Shown here: piece by piece, positions 11,359 through 22,604 of the stretch
How the letters are laid out: every line of letters begins with the position of its first letter
How positions within the stretch are numbered: position 1 is the stretch's first letter
Origin: Octopus sinensis
Taxonomy: Eukaryota
Assembly (NCBI RefSeq): GCF_006345805.1
Contig: NC_042997.1
Location: forward strand, 76,260,001 to 76,324,000
Direction of reading: 5' to 3'
DNA length: 64,000 nucleotides
Notes under the pieces: model-generated
What the model was told of the DNA's origin: nothing
The model's input: only the letters and a program-made list of their open reading frames with translations
Databases searched by the model: none
Made by a program: the position numbers and the translations under genes

Positions 11359-12216
11359 TATTTCTTTATTACCCACTAGGGGCCACATAGAGGGGACAAT
11401 ACAATCTGATGATGGGGTCAGACACACGAATGGGTTTTACAAAAAAGCGAATTTTAAAAATTTACAGAAATTTACAAAAATAGCAAGAAATCGAATGTTG
11501 GAACAGACCGGAAGACATTACGGGTGGAGTGGGTGCGGGTTTAGCTCGGACCCCACGAGCCCCGCCTCCCCACTGATACTTTTGGTTTCGTTTGGTGTTA
11601 CATTTATGTTGTATCATTCACTCGCAACTTTCGTGCTACATCTTTCCATCGTTCTTCATACACTCTCTTAGTCAGGCATATTCTCTCCAGCCCTATCTTC
11701 CTTTTCAGGTGAAAGATAAAATAATTCATCAAACCAGGGCCGGAGATGAACTTGCCTGACTGTAGACCTTTCATTCTCGTCTTCCATATCACCTCTTTCG
11801 CAATTGCTACTACAACGAGAAAACGAAACTTACCTTCATTCGCGAGGAAATCCGGTGGGTCAATTTTTGTTATCGACTCAGTCGACAGCTGTACTCTTCG
11901 TGTATTTGACAACAGCTGTTCGGCATAAACCCACACCTCAGACACGTCCGGACAATGAACAATAGCGTGCGGGACGGTTTCCCTGTCCCGCCCGCATCTT
12001 GGACATATCGGACTGTCTCGGCCACCGTGCCTTGCGAGTTTATCCCGAACAGGTAGAGCTCCTCTGTAGCATTGCCATGCCAGAGACTTCTGGAAGTTGT
12101 CCAGTGTCCTCGGCTTGAACGTACGTCGGAACAGACTGGCCAGCTGATTATCGTCGAGACCTAGGGTTTCCCCCAAGGTATCTTCACATTCCGCCTCTAC
12201 CAACCCTCTATAGAAG

Positions 12217-12815
12217 TGTAACGAAAGTGTGAATATCTTCTCTGGACCTTTTGGGGGTGCGAGAAGCAATCACTATCCGTTGCTTTAATAATCCAGATTC
12301 TACCAGTCAGAAACAACAAGACGCAGACGTAAAAAATATATATCTACTTTATTCTCTCATGACAGTAACAATAAGTGGTATATCTGATATCCTTGGTATA
12401 GATGTGTCAGAGCTGAACTTTATCGCTGTAGAATTTACAGTGTTCAAATGCTAACGACACTGGTCAAAGATGGCGTCCGGAACAGGGAGAAGATGTGGTC
12501 TGCAACAATTCAGGTTAAAAGTCTTTTGGTAAAGGCTGCTGCTATGATCAAGTTCGGACAGAGAGAAAGAACTAACGTCCGTTGCCTTCAATCGGTGTGT
12601 CTCAAGCCAATGACTGCTGCTGGACGCTAGTGGTCAACGTCCTACGATCCCCCTGCCTCGGCTAACTGCCACGTAGGCAAAAGGGTCCTTCTTCCGGTGC
12701 TTCGCGCATGCGCGAGAGGGCCCTTCCTCTCTCTGCCTTGGTGAAGGCACAAACTCCGCACGCGCGAAACAGGAATGGACGGTGCGCGCGCGCACCGTTA
12801 TATAGGATCACTACA
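12217..12815 (-). mobile_element. Solo LTR (599 bp, Gypsy-like termini) inserted in U5 ORF2
   Basis: Termini TGTAAC...ACTACA, 4-bp TSD GAAG (12213-12216, 12816-12819). Removing it restores ORF2 TTFFYRG. AATAAA on the minus strand about 130 nt from the end suggests orientation. Confidence 0.85.
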
Positions 12816-14625
12816 GAAGAATGTGGTGGAACTCCCACTGCAGGCGTTACCCGAGCGACGGAATAGCAGGAGAGCCTTGTGACACTCCGTGTACCAAGTA
12901 CCAAGTTTCGATCTACGATTCAGCCAGGTTTCCCATCCACCGAAACTAGTGAACTTGGGAAACATCAGTTTTGCTAGCGGAGACCACACCCGTTCACCAT
13001 CCAGGTAGAGCCACAGATGTCTTAACCTCAGCGCATCATCAGCCAAGGCATCCCTAGCCCACCCTTTAACGGTTGTTGACAGCAAGTAGAGCGTTTCACA
13101 AGTGGTTTCCCGCCCTTCCACAAGAAGTAGAAGAGCTGTCTTTCCAACTTCATCAACCACGAATCAGGGCAAGGAACAACGGAAAGGCGGTAGGTGATAA
13201 CCGATGCGATAAACACATTGGCCACCTCCACCCTCCCTTTCAGGGATAGCCACCGCCAAGACCAGGTCTTGGTTACTGTAGCCACCCTGCTCGTTACCTC
13301 GCCCCAATTCTTCTCTATTTGGAGGTCTGGACCGAACCAGACCCCTAGCAATTTAATCGGACCCTCCGTCCAACGTCCCACGACGCTGTCAGGAGGCATC
13401 GACTTGCCTCTCCAGGTGCCGAGTTGCAAGCCGACTGACTTTTCGCGATTAACTTTTGCTCCTGTCACCGTCTCGTAGACCTCTATGGCCTTGCCTACTT
13501 TACATAGGTGGTCCATTTCGGTTACGATGATGGTGATGTCATCCGCGTACGCTGACACCGATTTTCCACTACCTGGCTGTCTCGGGATGCCGCTCAGTTT
13601 TCGCAGTAATGGCTCAAGAGCCATCACGTACAAAAGCGGGGAGAGCGGGCACCCTTGACGAACCGAGCACTTGATGTTGAACGGCTTCGACAAGAAGCCG
13701 TTCACCCGAACTACCGAGTCGATGTTATCGTAAATTTGTATAATCCACCTGAGGAAGCCAAGGCTCAGCCCGAACTGTACCAGGGCAGATACCAGGTAAC
13801 GATGGTCGACCCTATCAAAAGCTTTAGATTGGTCTAAATGGACCAGTGCCCCACCCTTGCCAGAATCACTATTAAACCCCTCTATAGTGTACCGCATTAG
13901 ATGGAGATTATCCTGAATGGTTCTGCCCGGAACGGCACATGTCTGTGCCTCCCCGATCAGACCATCCGCGACACGCGCCAATCTTTTCGATAACACTTTG
14001 GCCAAAATCTTCAACTCTGTGTTTAGCAGAGTGATGGGCCTGAAATTATCAATGCACTCCCCCTTGCTCGGGTCCTTTCTGACGAGAGTCACTACTCCCC
14101 GACGCACAGATCTGGGTATAAGCCCGTTCTGCTGCCAGTTCGCATAGACCTCCGCCAGTAGGTGCCCGAACAAGTCTGGCATACTCTTATATAACTCATA
14201 GGGTAGACCATCCAAACCCGGCGCCTTGCCCGCGCCGCAGTCCGCCATTGCCTCAACCACTTCCTCAGGCGTGATTGGCCCTTCACAGCCCTCCGCATCT
14301 CGCCCCGATAAGCGCGGCAGCCCGTCGAGTAGGTCCGTAAAAGCCCTCCTCCTATCCAGTCCGCCGCACTCACCGAAAAGCTGAGCGAAGTGCTCCTGAA
14401 AGGCCTCACACATCTCCTCGGGCTCGTTTATCAACTCACCTTGTTGGTTCGTCATAGATCGAATCGTGGCATCATTACCACGCTTGGCTTCCACCACTCG
14501 GGCCCATCTCACGGCGTTGATTCCTTCACATCCTATTGCGCGGATCCTAGCCCTGACAATGCAGCCCATGTGTTTGGCCTCGAGGTGCTGGTTTAACACC
14601 AGTCTCTTGGACGCCAGTCTCTTGG

Positions 14626-14795
14626 AGCAATCTGACCCGAGGATTCCTTTAATGTGGCAATGAGAGCCTGTGACTGTGCTGACATATGTGGTCTAATTGG
14701 GTTATACATCCTGGGCACCTTAGGGAAGAAATTCCCTTTGGTCCTCTTCAGTCTCCACAGGGCTTAGAAAGGACCTGATTTGACCCCAAGGCTTC
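14626..14795 (+). repeat. 170-bp exact copy of 18284-18453 (Penelope-like RT fragment) inside U5 ORF2
   Basis: No mismatches found in base-by-base comparison. Confidence 0.9.
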
Positions 14796-17689
14796 CTCTA
14801 ATTCCTTAACTAGAGTAGTTTCCCTCCTAGCCTCTCTAGCCACTACTCCTATGCTATATCTAATTGACTCGAACTTGATGGCTCGTTTGAGGGCGTACCA
14901 CCATTTGTTATTAATGATGGTACCAGATAGTGCCCTCTGAATTATAGTCCTAATCCGGTCTTTGTACTCCTTAATCGCCAAAAGGGACGTATTAAGTTTC
15001 CAGTAACCGGATCCTCTATTTTTAACCTTATCTATGTCAAGCTTACAGGTGACCATTTTATGATCACTGTAGCTGATCGGGTAAAACTGTGGACACTTAG
15101 CTATTTTTCTGTCTACTTTTCTAATTAGTATTCTATCTAAATATGACCTGGAAAATCCGTCGCTGTTTGACCATGTTCACAATGGAGCGTTCGGAAATTC
15201 CAGCCTATAAGTATCTGCTAGCTCAAAGCGGCTTAGCAGATCCATGAAGCCACTGTTACCTTTTCTATCTGAACGCGAGCCAACACAATCTACATCCGCT
15301 TTGCAAATCGTGTTAAAGTCTCCTAGCACAACTAATGAATGCGAAGTACCAAGAAAGTTTTCTAGTTCACGAAAATAATCACTTTGCCCTGTACTGTCGG
15401 GTGCGTAAATTGCAACCAGTCTGATAACTTTACCGTTACTGAACGTCAAATCCATGACGACCAGCCTACCTTCTGGATCTGCAAAAATTAACTTTTTCTC
15501 AGAAACCCGGTTTCTTTTTATTAGGACCAACACCCCACTTCCGCCAGGAGAGAAAAAACTCTCGTAGCCGTCAAACAGCGGGAGTAGACCTCTTGGTCCC
15601 TCTAACCGGGTTTCTGTAGCAACAATAACATCTAAATTACGCGACCTGATATCATGCAGGAAGCGACCTTGCTTCCAGCCTGCTCCCAGGCCGCGCACAT
15701 TCAAACAACCAACATAAATGTAATCCATTACTTGCCTTTATATCAGTGGTTCGGTTTTCTCTTTCTTTTCTTTGTTTAACTCTTTTTCAGGGCCTCGTGG
15801 GGGAGTCTGACGTAGGCCCTCGAATATATGTGGAGATGTCACATCCATTCTAAGTGGGCCTACGTCATGGAAGAATTCGGATTTTATCCGCCCGTAATCC
15901 TTCCGGCCTATTCTGTAAACTACATAGTCGTTCTTTTTCCCTATTCTCTCCACTTTGGCCATAGCTGCCAATACGTTTCCAAGTCTGTTATTTGATGCCT
16001 TAACGGCCATATACGGGTTCATCGACTCTCTTTTCTTTTTTAAGTTCACTCTGGGAGGGGTGGTTTCCGTTTTTCTTTTTTTTTTCTGGTGATTTTTGCC
16101 CACCCCTCCCCATTTTTCTTTTCCTCGCTCTGATTTTCCTCCGCCGCTAGTTCTGCTGCCTTTTTCACCTCCACACCTTCAGTCGTCCCTTCTGGGCCGC
16201 CCGGCGCTGCTTCTGGTGACACTTTATCTTCTTTTTCACCTAGCTGAGGTGCTTCCTGCGGTTTGGGTTGGGGTTGGCATTCCGCCCTTACATGACCCTT
16301 CTTGCCGCAGCCGAAACACCTCGGCTTTCTGCCCTCCACGAAAACTGTTATTCTCTCGTCTTCACTAATTTTTAATGTTTCTAGTATTTCCTCCAGTGTT
16401 TGCACTTCTGCCTGAATGGCTATTACTATTTTCTGTCCTTTCCAAAATTCCTCTTCCTCCACTGTGGCCTGGAGGATGTTTATTTTTTCCTCCAGGCCTA
16501 CCATCACTGCTGCCACCAGACATTCAGCATCTGCCTCTGGGGGAATGTTGTTCATCGTAATTCTCGATGTTCTTTTCCCTCTATACAAGGGGAGGAGAAC
16601 AATGTTCTCCGCTTTAATCGGCTCCATAGATAGTTTTTTCGCTATCTCCTCTGTAGTGAAACGCACCTCCACTGTGCCGTATCTCTTTCCTCTGTTAATG
16701 TAAGTTATTTTGTCCATTAATGGTTTAAGACAGTTCTCTATTTTTTTTTCTTCAATATTTTGGATCATTTTTGTCGTCGTGTTAAATGTCTTATAAATTT
16801 TTTTTTTTTTTTCTATTTCATCGTGTTTTTGGACGTTTGTGACCACTGTCACTTCCGTGCCCTCTTTTTTTTTTTTTTTTTTTACACAGTCCGCATATTT
16901 TTGTAAATCTTCCACATTTATTTTTTTAATCTTTCTACCGGCCACTTCAGAGAATTTTTTCGCTGGTGCTGGTGCTGGGTTTTCCTTTTTCTTTGGTGAC
17001 GTCGCCTCTTTTTTCTTTGGCGACACTGCCTCTTTTTTCCTTGGTGACATCGCCGGATACTCCTCTTCACTCGTCACGGGAGAATCAGAGAAGGGGGACT
17101 CCATCTTGAACAGTTGGCTTCACAAGCCCTTGGTAACTTCAGGATAATTGATATTTTTCCCCCACGGAGGGGGGAACACCAACGCGAAGTCCTCGCGCGA
17201 AGGCTGACTTCGACAGTTAGACAGCAATATACAAAACAGGTAGACAAACAGTAGATAATAACAGAGATAATAATACGACAGCAAAATATATCAACTTACA
17301 ATAAACGCAAAAAAACACAACTGCAGAGTGAAATTCTTCTTTTTTCTCTACATTGTATATTTTATAGACAATAGTCTTTTCTTTAATTTAATTTTTTATT
17401 ATCCATCTGGACTATTCCATTTCTGCATGCTAATTTTATTTTTAATTTATTCCCATTCATGTGAAACCACTTATTCAAGTTCGAGTCATTGATGCAATTT
17501 TATACCAATTGCTATTTTTACTTTTGTTATGTTACGATTATATTATACTTTAGTTTGATTTTAATTATTACTTACTACATATAATTCAATTGTTATTATT
17601 ATTTTTATTGTTAAAGTGAAAGCATCTGACATAAAATAGAGAAATGTTTTTGTTTCACTTTTAACACGTAATACTGAAATAGTGGAGAA

Positions 17690-17880
17690 GATATGATATT
17701 GCTATGGGCTCGCTCTAGGCAAGATGTTGAACATTTCTTTTGCCCATGAAACTACATGGACCCTAAGTAAGGCATGTGTAAAATTTGACTGAAATTGGTT
17801 GTGTAGTTCTCAAGTTTTAGGGAAACACACAGACAGACAGATACACATTCTCAGTTTTATATATATAAATATACATATAT
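17690..17880 (+). mobile_element. Possible non-autonomous Helitron/Helentron-type (HINE-like) end
   Basis: AAATTTGACTGAAATTGG...AGTT...(ACAG)n...TTTTATATATAT layout typical of such ends; no second terminus found. Confidence 0.3.
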
Positions 17881-18018
17881 GGTGCCTCAGCATGACTGCA
17901 GCTTTAAAGCTGAAACACTTAAAAGAGTAAAAGAATAAAGGAATATCATCAGTAGTTCTTATATCCCAAAAAGAAGCACACACTAAAACATTCTGACTAG
18001 CCATAACAAACTTCTAAA

Positions 18019-18145
18019 TATGTGTGTGAGTGTGTGTGTGTGTGTGTGTGTGCATGTGCGTGTGTGTATGTGTTTGTGTGTGTGGGTGTGCATGTGCATG
18101 TGTGTTTGTGTGTGTGTGTGTGTACATATGTGTGCACACACACAT
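18019..18145. repeat. (TG)n/(CA)n microsatellite
   Basis: Direct reading. Confidence 0.9.
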
Positions 18146-18146
18146 A

Positions 18147-20110
18147 CCCATCTGTATCGAAGAGGTCGCTGATCGAAGCACTTTCCCATGCTAATGGCTT
18201 CACAAACATTAGTGATAGAGACATAGATGTCATCCTGCATGCCAGGAAGACAATGCTGTTCAATAAAGATTTGATGTGGGTCAAGCAATCTGACCCGAGG
18301 ATTCCTTTAATGTGGCAATGAGAGCCTGTGACTGTGCTGACATATGTGGTCTAATTGGGTTATACATCCTGGGCACCTTAGGGAAGAAATTCCCTTTGGT
18401 CCTCTTCAGTCTCCACAGGGCTTAGAAAGGACCTGATTTGACCCCAAGGCTTCATGAGACTCAAATTTACTACCGAGATGAATCTTACCACCATAGACTT
18501 CTTAGATGTCACTCTTGACACACAGGCCCTATCACAAGCCGAATGAGAGACTGTCCTATATTAACACAGTCTCTTGTCACCCACCTATTGTGCCCAAGAA
18601 CCTAGTAAAGGGTATCAGCAAGAGGATCTTGAATCTATCTTCCAGTCAAGATATCTATTACAATGCGGCACTAGCATCCAGCAGGTTTAAGGACTGCATC
18701 TCCTACATGTTAGGCCCTAGCACCCACAAAAGGAAGTGCTGCCAAAACGTCATTTTGTTTGCCCCACCCTTCTCACTCAATGTCAAGACCTGTGTGGGAA
18801 GGATATTCCTCAGGTAGATAAACCAACATTTCATGCAGACACACAGATACAGATGTTTATTCAACAGGCACAACCTAAGGGTTTCCTTTAGTTGTACACC
18901 CAACATGAAAAGTATATTAGCTAACACCCATAAAACATAGGAAGAAGCAGGTTGCTCTTGCAGAGTGTACAATTACTGTCTAGTGAAAGGCCAATGCAAT
19001 GCCAAGGGAGTCATCATGAGGCTGTGGTGATACCTAGACCTAACAACCACAGTAATAGCAGCAATGGATCATCCAACAACATTGACAACATTGGAGGCAG
19101 CAACAGCAGCAGAAACACAAGCACTGACGCCAATGATTCCAGTACCAGCACCACGGCTGGAGAAGATGCTCATGCCAACATCAGCTGCACCAGTGAGGCT
19201 ACTGGTCCCACACCTTACATTACCAATGACAGCATCCACATCACCAACAACACCCATATCACCACTGGCGACAATAGTGCCAACAATACAGCCAAGGACA
19301 ACCACCATAATGACAACAACCACAGCAACAACAGCCACAGCTGCGTGCTGAACCCATGCATTGTAATGATAACACCATTGACAGCAGCCCTAACAACACT
19401 GGTGGCAACAGAAATATTCCTAGGCCAGTAGCCAACCAATGATGCACCAGTAATGTGAATGCAACCAACACCCAAGCCTGGAAATATATCGAGTCAGCCA
19501 GAATGGCCTTCAAGCAATGTCTGTACAAACACAGATCCTCCTTCAGGGTCCCAGAAAGATGATACATCACATCCCTGGCCAGCCATGTGTGGCACCTCAA
19601 AGAAGAAAGGACCCTATATGATATCAAGTGGAAGATCTTAGAGCGGCTGAGACCCTACAACAGCGGGAGTGTACGCTGCAAGCTTTGCATAGCTGAGCGA
19701 GCTAGGATTCTCAAAGACTACCTGAAACCTGAGTCACTGCATACTTGCCAAGAAATCTTCAGCTAACTGCAGCAAGCATGGGATTCCCCATTCTCTAACT
19801 AAGCCCGGAATGGTCCTTATGATCCAAAAGCAGCCCAAGGAAAAATCCCTTCTTCTCCCTCTCTCAACCCACAAATACCTGGTCAAAGGGAGATAATCTG
19901 AGCTCATAGATGCCAGACTATTTATTCTTTGATGACCAAATGACCAATGATCATAATAGATTACTGTCTCTCAGACATGAAGAGTTATGTCTTTGGACTT
20001 GAGTCTGATGAGACGTCTAAGAGGCTGTAGCCTTCATGGATGTGAAACTATTGGTCACTCTATGACCAGACATTAACTTCAATACTTTAATATATATAAG
20101 TAAAAATGGG
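18147..20110 (+). mobile_element. Decayed Penelope-like element (RT plus GIY-YIG endonuclease)
   Basis: Fragments YPSVSKRSLIEAL, VILHARKTMLF, FNVAMRACDCADICGLIGLYIL, CSCRVYNYCLVKGQC, KYIESARMAFKQ, WKILERLRPY...CKLCIAE; downstream hammerhead. Confidence 0.85.
20001..20060 (+). ncRNA. Type I hammerhead ribozyme (minimal, PLE-associated)
   Basis: Stem I GAGT/ACTC; CTGATGA 20005-20011; stem II ACGTC/GATGT with one extra G; GAAAC 20044-20048; cleavage triplet GTC 20054-20056. Confidence 0.7.
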
Positions 20111-20389
20111 ATTGAAAATTCCTAGCAGATATCAAGTAAGAACTCAGTATAAAGGAATAAGGTTATATTTCCAACAAGTAGATAACAGTAAACGTATATA
20201 GAATACAAATCCCAGGTAAATCCTCATGTATGGCAGGTAAATCCAACAATCCTTGCACATAATTTTAAGAAATTCAGAATATTAACAACAATCAATAATA
20301 TGTATGAAGAAAATCATATTTTTACAAGCTGAACCAATCTTAAAGGTGTAATATGGATGTGTAATAATGGAGTGGCTGGTGTGGTGGTG

Positions 20390-21600
20390 ATGCGTGGATA
20401 TATAACTATATCATGATGAACTGGAGGTGCACCAACTTCACCTACAATTCATTATTAACAGGGTTATTGTATCTCCTGGCATCTGGTCCTGATATGAAAT
20501 GCATAGTTACTTTCCTCAGATTAACATTTTCTCTTGCTGCTCTTTTTGCTTCATGTTGTTCAACAGTCCACATATTTAAATATGCTGCAGTATATGATTA
20601 TTCAGCCTGACTGAAGAAATCTTTTCCATTAATGACTGCAAGCAATTAATATTTTCAGGCACTTAAGCTCTTGTTTGTAAGGCTTCTTTAGAATCAACAA
20701 TATAGAGTTGAGCATATCTTCTTGGTTCATTGTTTTCAAGATGTAAGTTGCTTGCATGATAATAGACTTGTCCTTGCAAGGGAAAACAGTATGGGCCATG
20801 ACCAGTAGGTGATATAATATTGGCTCCAATGAGGCAAATGAATACATTGGATTATAGTTTCTGATGTCCTGTCTAAAGTTCATTCTTTCAATGTCGGTAT
20901 TCTCCAAAAGTTGTTTTAATAGGTCAGGATATTCTTGTAGATGTGGCAAGGAAACATTACCAATATGGCAACAATTAAGTGCTTCCTGCGGAAATCTACA
21001 TGCATGATAGTGTGGGCATACTACGTTCATCTCACCAATCGTGAATTGAGAATTTTGTTGTTCTTTTATTATATTCCGTGTTTCAGCTTCTTCCATATTT
21101 TTCCTTCTTTCTTGAACTCTGTTTCTCGTATCTTGAAGGTAATTCTGCCTTTCATATGTTGCCTTCTTTGTTGAACTCTGTTTCTCATATTTTCTAAGTA
21201 CAGCTGCCTTTGCTCTTGACTCATGTTTTCTCAATTCCATTGGTCTCTATCTCTCTTATTTTTAAATACACTTCTCTTTGGTCCTGGCTCACTTGTTCTA
21301 GCCTTTGCTGATTTATTTCCCTCCTATCCTGAAGGATACATTCCTTCTCCTCTTGACATCTTTCATTTCTTCTGTGTCTCATACGCGCGTGATTTTTATT
21401 TCTTATTTCCTCCTGTTGTTCTTTGCGCAATCGTTTTCTCCTTCTATGCTGACACTCACGTGCTGCATCTCTCATACGATTATCCATATTTTAAAACTTG
21501 TTATTAAAACAATAAATCTCCAAAATGATTCACAATGTTTCAATTGAAAATCATATACGAATGTATTAGTATTTATTTCCATCACGCGACACTTATCGCA
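20390..21600 (-). mobile_element. Helitron Rep/Helicase N-terminal fragment, decayed
   Basis: IGEMNVVCPHYHACRFPQEALNCCHIGNVSLP...FRQDIRNYNPMYSFASL and GPDARRYNNP, preceded by R/E/Q-rich repeats. Confidence 0.8.
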
Positions 21601-22604
21601 AACATGTTTTAACTAACTTAAACAACACACACCTGAGCAAGAAACGACAGGTCATCCAGATCTTACATAGATAGAATCATTACTAGAAGGAAAGATAAGA
21701 AAATATTTAGCTGTCCATAACACCATATCGTCAGCTACAGTGATCACAAATTAGTGACCTGTACGCTTGACCTAGATAGCATGTGTAGATGAGGTACTGG
21801 TTACTGGAAGTTAAACAAGTTGCTATTGGACTGTGAAACCTACAGGAAGCAGATTAGACAGTTAGTAATGAGGACGTTAACCGGATCCATTATCAACAAC
21901 AAATGGTGGTACTCCCCAAAAAGAGACATCAAATTTTAGTCGATTAGGTTTAGTAAAGAATTAGCTAGTGCTAGAAACAAAGTAGAAAAAGAACTAGTTA
22001 AGGCAATAGATGAGGCAATGAGGTCAGGCAGTGCATCGAAAGTGTTAGCGGCGAGGTTGGCACTCAACCAACATCTCAAAGCTAAACACGAAGGGTGCAT
22101 TGTCAGGGCTAAGATCTGTGCAATGAAACATGAAGGGATCAACGTGGCCAGATGGGTCTGGGTGGTAGAGAGCCAATGTGGCAACAACTTAACCATTCGA
22201 TCTTTGATGGACCCACATGGTCAATGAGTAAACGAACCCGATGAGATGTGCAACATGTTTCACGATCATTTCGTTCAGCTATTCGTGAGGAGTGGCAGAC
22301 TGGAGCACAGGGAGAATCTCGCAGACTTCCTGGCCGGTTCGCCGTGTCTTTCATGGCGGGATGCGGAATCTTGTGAAGCGCCAGTCACATCCAAGGAAGT
22401 CAAGGATGTGTTGGTTGACTGCAGTGGGAACAAATCGCCGGAACTCGATGGTCTGCCTTACGAACTCTATAGTAACATGCCAGATTTGTTTGGGTACCTA
22501 ACTGCATGCGTGAACACGAACTGGCAGCAGAATGGAAGAATTCTCAAGTCTGTAAACCGAGGGATGGTAGCGCTGTTAAGAAAGGACCCAAACAAGGGAG
22601 ATTT

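Larger units (their letters stand above)
11360..17332 (-). mobile_element. Full-length Tx1-group LINE, array unit U5, with two later insertions
   Basis: ORF1 15738-17104 (A-tract frameshift at about 16080). ORF2 11604-15728 with APE, RT (YADD) and CPRC...HAIVHC. TGA at 15177-15179, 10-nt deletion at about 13035, insertions at 12217-12815 and 14626-14795. Confidence 0.95.

Noticed and set aside
12471-12489. tRNA-Lys PBS-like TGGCGTCCGGAACAGGG implying a TRIM
   Set aside because: It is internal, not preceded by an LTR end, and there is no second LTR in the insert.
1-17332. Array as a telomere-maintaining HeT-A/TART equivalent
   Set aside because: The 5' ends face more than 46 kb of ordinary internal sequence, the opposite of telomeric polarity, so only the architecture is analogous.
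19550-19570. In-frame TGA in the Penelope GIY-YIG as selenocysteine
   Set aside because: Not at a Cys position, and the element is otherwise heavily decayed.
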